DNA of 64,000 nucleotides from Naegleria gruberi (Eukaryota): NCBI GenBank assembly GCA_000004985.1, contig GG738845.1; one strand, 5' to 3'. Shown piece by piece: positions 41,370 to 52,962 of this stretch (position 1 is its first letter; each line of letters starts with the position of its first letter). The notes under the pieces were generated by a model. It saw only the letters and a program-made list of their open reading frames with translations, ran no database searches and was not told where the DNA came from. The position numbers and the translations under genes were made by a program.

Positions 41370-44300
41370 ATGTCTTCCCAAACCTTGAACGTGCAGGCTC
41401 TGTCAGAACAAACGAAGGAGGAAAGCCCTATGAAATCCTTTCCAAGGTTTAGACCATTTCTCAAAAGTGAAGTAGAGAGTTCAGGAGACGATAAGCCAAA
41501 ATGTTGTGCTGCATTTCATAAGGTAGGTTGAGATTGTTTGAGTGTTGTTTAAAAATCCGAAAGAATGGAAAAAATATTTTGATAAAACATGGTGTTTCGT
41601 CGAATGTTGAATTTACTTTTGACAAAGTGTTGAAAACAACCAATACACAAGAAGATGTATATAATAGTTGTGGAGATGATATTATGAAACATATATTAAA
41701 GGGCCATAACTGTACATTATTTGCACTTGGGGCCCACCAATCCGGTACGTATCATTCATTTTAAAACTTAACTTTCTAATACACATACGAAACAGGTAAA
41801 ACATATACCCTTTTTGGTAACGTAGCAAAATCAGCTAATTGGGCAACTGAACTGGAAAATCAAAAATTTGATGGTATTGCTCCTCGTTTTATAAGAGCTG
41901 TTTTTGATTTTATTATGAATCAAAGCCCAGAAAATATAGAATTCTCAGTTTCTCTTAATGCATTCGAAATTTGTGGATTGGAAAATGGCAATGACGCCTT
42001 AATGAATGATTTATTAGCTAATACCTCGACACCTCCAAAATTAGACGTACTCGTTGAGGAGGAAACTAATGCTGTGGAAATTGTTGGACTTCAGGAGGTT
42101 TTTGTTACAAGTGATAGTGAATTGTTTGAAAATATTTCTGGTGCACTAATGAAAAGATCTAAAAGTAAGTATTTAAAACTTCATTATATTATATATTTGT
42201 ATAGAATTTAGCACAGCATTCTTTGAAATTAAATTTGTACAACATGACACTTCAACTAACTTGACAAAGGAAGGAAGATTGTGCATTATTGATTTGGATT
42301 CTGAACGCTCCAGTGATCAATATAGGAATACCAGAAAGACTGGATGTAAAGTTTTTCAAGAGGTAGCAGAATCTCTCTACACGGAAGTTGAGGATTATGA
42401 CTATTTCAGTACAACTCTAAAATGCCTTGTATTTTCTAGAGTTTTTGTGAATACAGCCACATTTTCCTTTGTGACTTTATCTCCAATGATATCGGTAGTA
42501 GAAGACCAAACCATTCCATATTTACAACTGGCATCCAAGATTTGTGAACTCTCTAGTGATGTCATGGTAAATTATGTACAAGATCCTATTGTTGAAACTC
42601 CACAAGAAGAAGAAAAATCAATCCCTACTCCGCATCCAGTAGCTTCTGTGCAAGCTAATGCCAAGGTAGAGGCTGTACAACAGGAAGAACTAGCCAAACC
42701 AATTGGCAACCCTACTTCCCTGCCTACCACAAATGAAAAAAAAGAAATTCCAACAATCCTTGACATTCCACCGAAACCAACTCAATCAATCACTGATGTA
42801 ACGAAATCTGAGGAATATATGCAAATTTTGAAGGAAAAAATTAACATTGAAGAGGATATATTACTCCTACGCACACAATTCAATTCGCTTAAGGATCAAC
42901 TTGAACGTGAAGAAGAAAAAGCTAGTAAGTTTGAAAAAGAAGCCTCTTTAAAAGATAGTGCCACTAAAGAGCTTGCAAAACAATTGAAAGAAAGCTTTGC
43001 ACTCACAGAACAACTTCAAAAAGAAAGAGACCGCTACGAAGAGCAAGTCAAAGCATCTCAAAATGACATTCAACAGTTGAAAGAGAAATTGATTCATGAA
43101 GAATCTATTAGGGATGAACTAAATGAAAAGGCTCACGAACAAGAAAAAACACTAGCAAATTATAGGTCATCAGAGGAGCAAATGACTATTCAGATTACTC
43201 AACTTAAAAAAGAGTTACAAGAATTTAAACAATCTTCCAACACTAATCATGGAAGTATCCCGACTCCTCTAAAAAACAAAGGAGAAGAACTAGAAAAGGA
43301 AGTAGTATTGCTCATAAAAAGCCAACATGAAGAATTGAAAAATGCATATAACGAACTCTCAATCAAAATTGTTGAACTTGAAAAGAAGAACATTTATCTG
43401 GAAGAAGAACTTGTAGATGCTGAAAAGAAAGCACTTGAAGCTGATGACCCATCCCACCAATTAATTGAAAAGCTAAAATCAAAGAACAAACTGTTATTAG
43501 AACAGTTGAACCTGTCAAAGAGAGAAAATTTAAAATCTCGTGAGAAATCAGTAGAAATTAACATGAAACTTATTGAACAAAAAATTCAAGAATATCAGCA
43601 GTTAGTAAATCAATCATCAACAGTGTTACCAACTCCACTTAACGATACAACAGTCACTGTAAATAATGAAGATTTGGAACCAATATCTCCACAAGAAAAA
43701 CTCAATGTTCAAAAGTTGAAAGAAAAGGTTACAGATCTTACCAACAAACTTACTACAGCTCGTAAGAAAGCAACAGAAACTGAAATTGCAAGAATGAAAT
43801 GGCAAGAAGGTGAAAAGGCGACACGACAAAAAATCTCTGATTTGGAAAATGAGATTGAAGAGCTCAAACAAAAAATGACGGCAAAAGAATCATCCTTAAA
43901 AGAAGAAATTGATCAATTACAAAAAGAAATCAATAGCTGGAGAGAAACTGACCAAAAGATCAAGTCTGAATTGAAAAAAATTGAAAAGGAAAAACAAAGC
44001 TTGGAACAAGTTATCAAAAAGGAAAATGTTAACAGAAAAAAGAGTGTAATGGTTATGCATCAAGTACAACAAGTTCAAGAAAGTAATAATTTGATTTTGA
44101 GAAATGAGTTAGCTCAAGCTAGAGAGAGAATTGAATATTTGGAGCGTGAACTAAAAAAAATCGGTGGACCAGGTATGAAAATATCATCCAGATCTCAAAC
44201 AATCTCCCCATCATCACGCAGTCCTATGACTCCAACTAGTGAATCTTCCTCACAAAGTCTCCCAACAACAGCTCCTAAAAAACTGGATGACAATTCCCAG

Positions 44301-44858
44301 AAAGACCTTAGACAAAAAGAGATTCAATCCAAGAGACAATCTGTTCTAATTAATAAGAATGCAATGCAGGCACTTCGAGTAAACATTCAAACAGAAAAAC
44401 CAAAACAAGAGATCTCCTCCCCAACAGAAGATATTCATGATGATGCAGATGAAGAAGAGTACGGAAAACAATTCGCATCCAATACATATGATCCACACCA
44501 AGCAAACGAAACGACCATGTCGGAAAATGTGAACCCCAAAATAGACAAATCAGGATATCTCTTTAAGAAAGGTCCGAAAATCAATATTTTCAAAAAGAGA
44601 TTCTTTAAGATTGAAGGTCATAATCTAATATATCAAACGGATAGTAAGGATTCCAAAGCTCTTGGTTCAATTGATTTGAGAACAGCTCTCACTGATATTG
44701 CTCCTGAAAAATCGAGTAATAAGAGAAAATATGTTTTCAGAGTAGAAATTCCAGGAAGAACCTACTTTATGTCAGCACCATCCAAAGAAGATAGAGATGA
44801 ATGGGTTATTTCTTTGAGACATGTCATTCAAAAACTGAGCAATGAAAATAGTTTTTAA
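41370..44858 (+). CDS. Kinesin-like protein with a degenerate motor, long coiled coil and C-terminal PH domain, 1118 aa, 4 exons
   Basis: join(41370..41522,41564..41744,41796..42164,42205..44858) is 3357 nt. The introns are 41, 51 and 40 nt, and the phases close. The P-loop spans an exon junction: GAHQS G|KTYTLFG (GxxxxGKT intact). The switch I SSRSH position reads RSKKFSTAFFEIKF. The switch II DLAGSE position reads IIDLDSER (Gly lost). A degenerate LSP...TIPYLQLASKI replaces ISP...TLSTLRYA. About 500 aa of coiled coil follow. The PH domain is GYLFKKGPKINIFKKRFFKIEGHNLIYQ...YVFRVEIPGRTYFMSAPSKEDRDEWVISLRHVI. Confidence 0.7.
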
Positions 44859-44990
44859 TAAAAACGAAAACTTCACTACTGTATTCCAAAAAGCAACATG
44901 ACGCTGTTATTACCTTTGGCAAGCATGTCTGTGTCCTGTAAGGGATTTCATAATGTGCGTCTTTAGTTTTAAAAAAAATTGGACTCTTGA

Positions 44991-46693
44991 ATGATCATTC
45001 CTCTCACTCATTTTGACAATGTGATTGTTTGTGGTTCTAACAAACATTCACAACTTGCCCTATTTCCATCACAAATGCAGGAACTTGAACAATTTTCAGA
45101 CCAAACAAAATCATATTTTGATTACATTCCGATTGACGTTAGCAAATTAATGAAGTCCGGTAGTGAAGAAGAAATTATTCAAGTTTGCATTGGTTTAACG
45201 TTTACATTATATTTGTCCTGTAGGTTAATAAGTCATTTAGACAATTTTGTGACAAATGTTTTCCTGTAGCATACTCACGTGTTTATTGTTGTTGTGGAGA
45301 TGAAGAAGTTCATTCCCTATTTGATAGGTCAACCTTTACAATTATTTGTGCCCAAGTGCCTAATTTTAGATGGATACACTTTTTTGAACTATTGAAAAGA
45401 GATGGCATTTTTGTATCAGAGATATCATGTGGAGCAAGACATTGTCTATTTTTCATGTCCAATCATGAATTATATGTATGTGGATCCAATGAGTTTGGGC
45501 AATGTGCACAACCTAAACCACTCGAAAGAATTGTAATTCCTCTCAAAATAACAATGAAATCATTTCCTTATTCACCATTTCATTCTGAGGATCCACTTAA
45601 TTCAAGGAAGAGGAAAAGAACAGAAGAAAATGAGAGTCTTTTATCAATGATGGAAGACAATATCTCTTCGAATATTATCAAAGTTAAATGTTCATATGAT
45701 TATTCTGTTATCCAAACTACGGACGGAAGGGTTTTTGCAACTGGAGATAATGGTGAGTACAATAACTATCACAATGACTGACAAACCAAGAGTACAAACA
45801 AATAACTAATCGCGATATGACTGACAAACTCTTTGGATTTACACCTGTGTATTTTAGAAATTTAAAACAAGAGGAATATTTAAACATTAAGGATATTATT
45901 ACAATGGACAGCTACATTTTAGCATTAACTCATTCAGGATATTTGTATATTAATGAAGGAGGTACAACATTTACAGATATGGGGTTGAATGTTGACTATT
46001 TCAGTAATCCAAGTAATTTAATTGTAAATATTTTTGCAACCTCCTACTCATTCTTTATACGGACGAGGTCTGGTGAGGTTTATTATGTAGAGCAAGGACT
46101 CTCAAAAATGGTAAAATCGAGTTTATTATCATTTAAAAGTTTTAATCCAAGTGCTGGGAGATATCATTTGGCTTCTATATCGACGAATACTCATGATTAT
46201 GGATTATTTGAGGTTATTGGGTATAATAAGGTTAGTTGTATGAGGTAGTGAATAACATTAACATTATTTACAAAAGTTAGGAAATTTGGGAATTAAAACC
46301 AGCACAGAAACTGTTAAGGAAACAATATCAGTACCCAAAGTATCTAAATGGATCCAATGCAAGGATATGAGAACATTCGATTATAGGATTGCCGCTAACT
46401 TTTTCAATACCATAGTTTATCGAGTCAAAAAACCTGAATTAGTTTCAGTCGAGAGATTTAAAAGGTTACTCTTCTCCTCTCTCATTAATGATCAATATGT
46501 GAAAGAAACTCAAAATATTCATAATCCATTCTTGGAAATGTTTAATGAATATTCAAAAAGAATTATTTCAACAAGAAACTTTCACGATATTTCAATTCTT
46601 ACCACAGATGGATTTTTAACTACTAGTACCTTCCACAATAGTGAATACAAACTTGTACAGCCAACCAATAATGCAAATTTTCAGCTTGCCTAA
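44991..46693 (+). CDS. RCC1-repeat (beta-propeller) protein, 522 aa, 4 exons
   Basis: join(44991..45219,45270..45752,45791..46230,46277..46693) is 1569 nt. The introns are 50, 38 and 46 nt (GTAGGT, GTGAGT and GTTAGT donors), and the phases close. RCC1 signatures include VIVCGSNKHSQLAL, ISCGARHCLFFMSNHELYVCGSNEFGQCAQP, VFATGDN|EYKQI and GYNK|LGNLG. Confidence 0.7.
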
Positions 46694-46851
46694 CTGTGAC
46701 TAACTATCAAAATATTTTCGATAAAATTGAGAAGAATGTTGAAAAAGTAAGTTGATCATTTACCTGATATTGAAAAATAAGTATTGTATGCAAGATTAAT
46801 TCTACAAACAAATAATTCAATCTGACACTTAGTAAACTTGTTATAATTTAT

Positions 46852-49452
46852 TTAACTTGTCCATAATCTGATTGTTTTATCTGACCCAGCCGTGAACAGC
46901 CAAGGTTGAATTGGGTGGAACTTACAATCCAAAACACCCAAATGCGATCTCTTCTTGTGTCCTCTCAAAATTTTAACTGGAACAATTTGAGTTTCTTTTG
47001 TCCAATCGTCTGTATAGACTTGTCCATGGAAAACATTTGCTGTGGTATCATCCGAGCAAGTAGCAAATAATGGATATCTTTTGTGGAAGTCTACATTTCT
47101 AATAGCTCGAGTGTGGAATCTCATTGTCTTGTAAGGGTGAGATGAGATAGCCAAGTCAAACCATTCCATTCTTTCATCAAAACCACCAATCAATACATGT
47201 TCTCCTGAAGGATGGATAGCAATGGATGAAACATAATTACACTTTTGTCCCTTCAACTTCTTTGAAAGTCTTTGTGTTTGTAAATTATAAATTCTCACCA
47301 TAGATGTGGAAACAACGTAAAAATGTGGTTTCTTTGGGTGGAATTGAACCTTGATGAACTTTTGGGATGCATTCCTAACTTTAACATTCTCCTTGAAAAC
47401 CTTTTGTGTGGAACGGTGAGACAATTGATGAACAAGAACACCTTGAGAGTAAGAATTTGGAGCTAAAGAAGAAAAATAGTCACCCTTTTGATGCCAAGTA
47501 ACTTGTGTAACACGAGATTTGTGAATAATTTGACACATTATACCATCTCTTCTTTTCACTGTTTCCATATCTTGATTATTGCCACGATAGAATTTCCAAG
47601 TTACTAATTTGACTCTTCTTCCTTTTCTTGATTTTCCTTCGATATCACGTTTGTCTTCTTCGTCCTTCTCTTCTTCATCTTTCTCAGTTTGATCTTCTTC
47701 TCCTTGTTCTTCCTCATCGTCTGAAATGTCATACTCGTCACCATTTTCATTTTGGAAACCTCTATCAGGGAAAAGCTCTTCAGTAAGTTCATTTGTAATT
47801 TCATTACCTGACTCTTCTGGCTTGATTAAAAATACTGAGCTACCAACAGCCACAGCAAATAAATTGAGTTTGGCATTTGGGTTCCACTCAACCCATTTTG
47901 GTACGTTTTCAATATTGCCATCAATACCTACACGTTGAGGCTTCTTATCATTTTCTTCCTCATTGTTGGACTTGCTATCGGTTGTTATGCCCAAATTGTA
48001 ATGTAAAAAGTTCCAAACTCTTCTGCAACGTCCAGTATCAACCTCCCACAATCTGACAGTACCATCTTCATCAGAACATGAAACTAACCATTTTCCGGAC
48101 GGATCAACGCTGATTGATCTTACCATTCCTTCGTGACCTTCATAAATTAGAGATTGAATTTCAGGATAAGGTCTCAACTCTTCTGGCTTTGGTAGTTGTG
48201 GTAGTAATGTATCAGGATCTTCAACAAAGTTCTTCTTTTTCATTGGTTGTACACGAGGTGCAAGATATAAATCCATACATCTTTCAAAACGTTCTTGAAT
48301 GAATTTGTCATAAACTGGTACGCTTCTCAAAGAATCATAAATCTTGTATTTGAATTCCTTTCCCTCTTTAGCTTTTTCAGGAATATATTCTGGTGGTGGG
48401 TTATAACTCAAATTGTGACCAGGTAATTTCTCCTTTGGTGGTGGTAAAATACCAATACGTGAAATCTTCTCTCCTAGAATTTGTCCATCTTCTCCCCACA
48501 TTAAATATACCTTATCCTTCTTTGGTTTCACTGTTTCTTGGTTCATTAATGCTGGATTTCTCTTATATCTCAAAGCAATCTTTGAAATCATTTTCATTTC
48601 AGATTTGTTTGGCAAAAACTTTGACTTAGCTACTGGGTTACCATACATAGGGAAACGAGAATCAATCTTGACATATTCCTCATAATCCTTGTATGGATTG
48701 TATCCTGGTGGGAATTGTCCTTTCACTCCAATATTGATAATAGTTTCTAAATCTTCATTGGAAAGAACATGTTCCTTATCATTGTATTCATCGTAGACTG
48801 TACGTAAATAATTAGGATCATCATGTTTAGCAATTAAATTATCCAAAGCATCCTTTTGTTTCTTTTTTAATATTTTGTTTCCACTACGGTCGTATCCAAT
48901 ATGGTCATACTCTTCGTACCATTCTAATGGAACATTACCAATAGTATTTATCATTCCTTCATCTTCACTACTATCATCACTGTCATGAACATCAGCAAAT
49001 AATGATTTTTCTTTGGTTTCTCTTGTTTGATTTTTAGACTTTTTTTGCAATGACTTCTCGTACCAAGAATCCTCAAGTTCATCATTAATGGAGGTCAAGT
49101 TTGTAAAGCTTTCAAAAACTTTAACGTCTTCTTCGTCGGAAGACTCTTCCTCTCTTTCAATGTCTTCTTCTTCTTCTTGATCAATTTCTATTTCTTCATC
49201 ACTAATATATACATCATCATCGTCATCAGCACTGAGTGTGGTTGCTGTATTTGGATTGCTGGAATCTTCTTCATCAGAAGAATCATCTTCCTTCATTGTT
49301 ATTTTAGGCAATTCCTTGACAGAAGAAGCTGTTTTAGTGAATCCGTATCTTTCTGGATTTTCTTCTGCCTTGTTCTTTTTTTCGTTCTCTTCATCATTTG
49401 TTGAAGAATTTTTAGACACCAATTGTCTCTTTTTCATTTTTTTCGGAATCAT
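46852..49452 (-). CDS. BOP1: Ribosome biogenesis protein BOP1/Erb1 (PeBoW complex WD40 subunit), 866 aa
   Basis: ATG at 49452..49450. The N-terminus is acidic. A BOP1NT region follows (NTIGNVPLEWYEEYDHIGYDRSGNKILK, DPNYLRTVYDEYNDKEHVLSNEDLE, PPPKEKLPGHNLSYNPPPEYIP). C-terminal WD40 repeats end in IRLWTS. Confidence 0.9.
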   Translation of the reverse strand: MIPKKMKKRQLVSKNSSTNDEENEKKNKAEENPERYGFTKTASSVKELPKITMKEDDSSDEEDSSNPNTATTLSADDDDDVYISDEEIEIDQEEEEDIEREEESSDEEDVKVFESFTNLTSINDELEDSWYEKSLQKKSKNQTRETKEKSLFADVHDSDDSSEDEGMINTIGNVPLEWYEEYDHIGYDRSGNKILKKKQKDALDNLIAKHDDPNYLRTVYDEYNDKEHVLSNEDLETIINIGVKGQFPPGYNPYKDYEEYVKIDSRFPMYGNPVAKSKFLPNKSEMKMISKIALRYKRNPALMNQETVKPKKDKVYLMWGEDGQILGEKISRIGILPPPKEKLPGHNLSYNPPPEYIPEKAKEGKEFKYKIYDSLRSVPVYDKFIQERFERCMDLYLAPRVQPMKKKNFVEDPDTLLPQLPKPEELRPYPEIQSLIYEGHEGMVRSISVDPSGKWLVSCSDEDGTVRLWEVDTGRCRRVWNFLHYNLGITTDSKSNNEEENDKKPQRVGIDGNIENVPKWVEWNPNAKLNLFAVAVGSSVFLIKPEESGNEITNELTEELFPDRGFQNENGDEYDISDDEEEQGEEDQTEKDEEEKDEEDKRDIEGKSRKGRRVKLVTWKFYRGNNQDMETVKRRDGIMCQIIHKSRVTQVTWHQKGDYFSSLAPNSYSQGVLVHQLSHRSTQKVFKENVKVRNASQKFIKVQFHPKKPHFYVVSTSMVRIYNLQTQRLSKKLKGQKCNYVSSIAIHPSGEHVLIGGFDERMEWFDLAISSHPYKTMRFHTRAIRNVDFHKRYPLFATCSDDTTANVFHGQVYTDDWTKETQIVPVKILRGHKKRSHLGVLDCKFHPIQPWLFTAGSDKTIRLWTS

Positions 49453-49527
49453 AAAAAATTTAATTTTAAAACGACTTCAACAATTTATTGAAGCAGTGAA
49501 ACAAAATATTCTTGAAGAACATGTTAT

Positions 49528-50730
49528 TTATTTACAAAATTCTTCGGATGGAGGAACCTCTGGTATTTTTCCAATGTGAAAAGTTGAGGCACCAAAAGCA
49601 TGTTTGTCATCATTTGTTAATTGCCCAAAGTAATTATTAATTAGCTTTTCGTTCACTAAATTGTCATTTGTAATGTGGAATAAATCATTGAACTTGTCTG
49701 TGAGTTGCTCAATCAATGTTTTATCCTTAACAACGGTCATTGTTTCTTTGGCATCTAGGGCTGCAGACATTGGAGCTGCAGATTTTTGTACAGTAACTTT
49801 GGTGAATGTATTCGAATATTTGTCACTTTTTATGGAAGGATCAAATTTAGGGGCTGTATTGGGTTGTGGAATGATTTGACTGACAAATCCACCAGTTCCA
49901 GTTACATTACTTTTTAATGTTGAAGTAGTGGCTGTTGATGTTTTTGTAAATGTGCTCGAATTTAATGAATTATTAGTAGGATTCAAAGATGGTTGATTAA
50001 ATCCTACAGTAGATTTTGGGAGTGAAGGATTTGATTGAGGAAGACTCATTGTAGCTACTTGAGTAAAGCCTCCTGTACCCGCAACTGAGTTATTGGTGCC
50101 AACAATACTATTTGCAAATGATCCAAATCCTGAAGAAGTGGATGGATTGCCAAATTGTGATCCTGATGAAAAAGATCCGAATCCGCCTCCAGAAGATGAA
50201 TTAAAAACTCCTCCATTATTATTGTTTGTTCCAAATCCACTATTTGTAGAAGAGGCTCCAATACTAGCAAAAGATGATTGACCAAAGCCACTTGTGGTTG
50301 ACTGTTTAGTCAATGATGCAAATGAACTCGATCCAAAACCCCCACTTCCAGGCACTGAAGTTGAAGAATTTGTTGTAGAATTGCCAAACCCTGAACCACT
50401 CCTACTACTGTTGAAGGAGGAAGAACCAAATGTACTACTACCAAATCCTCCTATATTATTATTTGATGGTGCAAAGGATGTTGTACCGAAAGAGGATGCA
50501 CCGAAGGAAGTAGCTGGCTTATTGCTTGTTGTACCGAAAACTGAAGAAGATGTTCCAAAAGTATTGTTAGACCCAAACGAGGAATTGGCTATTGTATTTT
50601 GTTGTGCTTGTAGAGTATAATTTTTTGGTTTTTGAGCATCGTAGTAACCTGATGAATTATTGTTGGTGTTTGTGTTGTTCTTATTATTGTTGGGGGTGTA
50701 TCCCTTGTTGTGGCTCTTCTTGTTGGCCAT
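49528..50730 (-). CDS. FG-repeat nucleoporin (Nup42/CG1-like C-terminus), 400 aa
   Basis: ATG at 50730..50728. There are dozens of SxFG/GFG repeats (SSFGSNNTFGTSSSVFGT..., GGFGSSSFAS, SGFGQSSFAS). The C-terminal motif AFGASTFHIGKIPEVPPSEEF resembles the F.lGkIP..PP motif of Nup42/hCG1. The subfamily call is tentative. Confidence 0.6.
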   Translation of the reverse strand: MANKKSHNKGYTPNNNKNNTNTNNNSSGYYDAQKPKNYTLQAQQNTIANSSFGSNNTFGTSSSVFGTTSNKPATSFGASSFGTTSFAPSNNNIGGFGSSTFGSSSFNSSRSGSGFGNSTTNSSTSVPGSGGFGSSSFASLTKQSTTSGFGQSSFASIGASSTNSGFGTNNNNGGVFNSSSGGGFGSFSSGSQFGNPSTSSGFGSFANSIVGTNNSVAGTGGFTQVATMSLPQSNPSLPKSTVGFNQPSLNPTNNSLNSSTFTKTSTATTSTLKSNVTGTGGFVSQIIPQPNTAPKFDPSIKSDKYSNTFTKVTVQKSAAPMSAALDAKETMTVVKDKTLIEQLTDKFNDLFHITNDNLVNEKLINNYFGQLTNDDKHAFGASTFHIGKIPEVPPSEEFCK

Positions 50731-50850
50731 TTTTTTCTATTTTTATATGGTTGAACGATATTAATAATTCCACATTGTTGTTTACTCATAAAATAAAAAC
50801 GTTGGGAAGGTGCAATAAACAAGAGGTCATTAAATATATGGCATCATTCT

Positions 50851-52359
50851 TTATTCCATTCCTAGGGAGCTCCAAAATTTTCTTGCTACAGTACTATCTG
50901 TGTGTCTCTTTGAATCTAATCTACTAATATACAGTTTTTCGACATTCCAGTTTTGAGTATTTTGAGGCAAAGCTTCTCCTTCATAGGCAAGTGTAAAGCC
51001 TTTCTTTTTGGAGAAGATAATAGAAGGGTCTGTAGAAAACCAATTATTGCTATCTTTAAATTGCCAGAGTTGACCAATTGTGAAAATGGCTACTACTCTC
51101 TCCCAATCATTCTTATGAAGGTTCTTAGTGGTGTCCAATACAAGATATTGAGTTCCTGTCTTGGCGTGTTTGATAATAACTTCCTTAGGTTTTGGTGTGG
51201 TTGGATCAATATTTTTCTTCTTTTCGTCTGTCGAAACAAAAGCTCCTCTTTGAAGGAAATCCTTAATGTTATAGAGTGTCAAAAGAGAGGATCTGCCAGG
51301 AGGAAGTAAAATTATTGGAAGAGGCTTTTTAACTTGTTTAGAAGTACTTGGAACTGACTTTTTGATTGTTTCATCAATATTTGTGGAGAATGTATTATTT
51401 GTGGTGGAAGGTGGGGCTGAAGTATTGTTACCTGATGAAAGTGGCTCAAGGACCGGATCAGATTTCATCATCATTGACCCTGTAGTATCAATTTGAATTT
51501 CATTCATAATGTCTTCATTACCAAATTCGGAATTCCACAAATTTCTTTCGTTAAATGTACCCTTAATTTTCAAATTGAGCTTGGCATTTTCCTGAGAATA
51601 TCCTTGTTGTTTTGCTAATTGTTCTCTCTCGATTCTCTTTTGTTTTTCATCCTTCTTGTGTTGTGTGAAATGAGTTTTACATCTTTTAATATTCTCCAAA
51701 TAGCTTGTAAAATAGGATAATTGTTTAGTATTTTCCCCTTTCTTGTCAACAAATTCTCTTTCAATTTGAGTTTGTGTAATTCTGGTACTAAATGGAATTT
51801 CCTTGTTATTAATATAATTTAAAACTTGTGGTCTATCAAACTCTAAATATGGTAAAAAAGGCTCTGTGTTTACATTACTAATATCATCCGTCAATGAATT
51901 AGATAAAAACTTGATAAATTCTAGCTTTGACTCTTGTTCTTTTTCTCCAAATTCTTTTTCAGGAATTGTAATTTTGGTATAATCAAAGGGTTTCAACCTT
52001 TTCTTGTCATCGTCATTTGTTGATTCTCTCTTTCTCTTTGTTTGTTTAACTTCTCCGGTTGTTGAAGTTTTGAATAGGCTTGTGTCTTGAACATTGAAGT
52101 AACTTTTCAATAAGTTTTTAATACCAATGTTTACAGGGTTTAGGTTGGCTTCCTTACACTGCTTCAAATATACGGAATAGTCGTCATTAATACACTTCAA
52201 ACAAATCCAGACTTGGCCAAGTGTTAGAGTAGAACTTTGGAATTTTACCTGGCCATTAATTGGATATTGTTTTTCACCAAATATGATATTGGTATTGTCA
52301 TTAATTATTGGAGTGTTACTTTTGATAGTGTTGTTCAATTGCTCAAGAATATCATCCAT
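50851..52359 (-). CDS. CDC73: Paf1 complex subunit CDC73/parafibromin, 502 aa
   Basis: ATG at 52359..52357. The N-terminal CDC73_N-like region reads DILEQLNNTIKSN...TLGQVWICLKC. The conserved C-terminal Ras-like CDC73_C domain reads PIILLPPGRSSLLTLYNIKDFLQRGAFV...NDWERVVAIFTIGQLWQFKD...GFTLAYEGEALPQNTQNWNV. Confidence 0.85.
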   Translation of the reverse strand: MDDILEQLNNTIKSNTPIINDNTNIIFGEKQYPINGQVKFQSSTLTLGQVWICLKCINDDYSVYLKQCKEANLNPVNIGIKNLLKSYFNVQDTSLFKTSTTGEVKQTKRKRESTNDDDKKRLKPFDYTKITIPEKEFGEKEQESKLEFIKFLSNSLTDDISNVNTEPFLPYLEFDRPQVLNYINNKEIPFSTRITQTQIEREFVDKKGENTKQLSYFTSYLENIKRCKTHFTQHKKDEKQKRIEREQLAKQQGYSQENAKLNLKIKGTFNERNLWNSEFGNEDIMNEIQIDTTGSMMMKSDPVLEPLSSGNNTSAPPSTTNNTFSTNIDETIKKSVPSTSKQVKKPLPIILLPPGRSSLLTLYNIKDFLQRGAFVSTDEKKKNIDPTTPKPKEVIIKHAKTGTQYLVLDTTKNLHKNDWERVVAIFTIGQLWQFKDSNNWFSTDPSIIFSKKKGFTLAYEGEALPQNTQNWNVEKLYISRLDSKRHTDSTVARKFWSSLGME

Positions 52360-52622
52360 TTTGTCTTTAGTATTTGTTGATCAACAATAATAATAATTGA
52401 TGACTGGGAAGAAGAATACAAAAAGTAAATTTTTTTTTAAAATATTATTAATAATTTAATTAGATGTTTTTAATAGAACCAAATCTTCATCCAACATTAA
52501 TAATGAAAGCAAGACACAAGGAAGAAAATTAATAATTTATTTCTCAGTTTTGTAGGAAGAATATTAAATGTAAAAATCCCTTAATCATTGAAGAAGGAGG
52601 AAGCTAACAAACAATCAAAAAA

Positions 52623-52961
52623 ATGTCCATCAGACACCACGCAGACCTAATCCTTTGCCGCAAACAACCTGGTATTGCCATAGGCAAACTTTGCAAAAAT
52701 TGTGATGGAAAATGTGTCATTTGTGATTCCACTGTAAGACCACAAACAAAAGTACACATTTGTGAGGAATGTAACTATGGAAGTTTACAAGGAAAATGTA
52801 TTATTTGTGGAGGAAAGGGGGTTTCCGATGCCTATTACTGCAAATCTTGTGTTTTACAAGAGAAGGACAGGGATGGATGCCCAAGAGTAATTAATGTCAG
52901 TCAAGCTAGAACAGATTTACATTTTGAAAAGAAGAAATATGTACAAGGGTCTAATCTATAG
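52623..52961 (+). CDS. PHF5A: Splicing factor SF3b subunit PHF5A/Rds3, 112 aa
   Basis: ATG at 52623. The product is nearly identical to the universal PHF5A sequence: [36 protein letters not shown]...[29 protein letters not shown]...EKDRDGCP...N. Confidence 0.95.
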   Translation: MSIRHHADLILCRKQPGIAIGKLCKNCDGKCVICDSTVRPQTKVHICEECNYGSLQGKCIICGGKGVSDAYYCKSCVLQEKDRDGCPRVINVSQARTDLHFEKKKYVQGSNL

Positions 52962-52962
52962 A

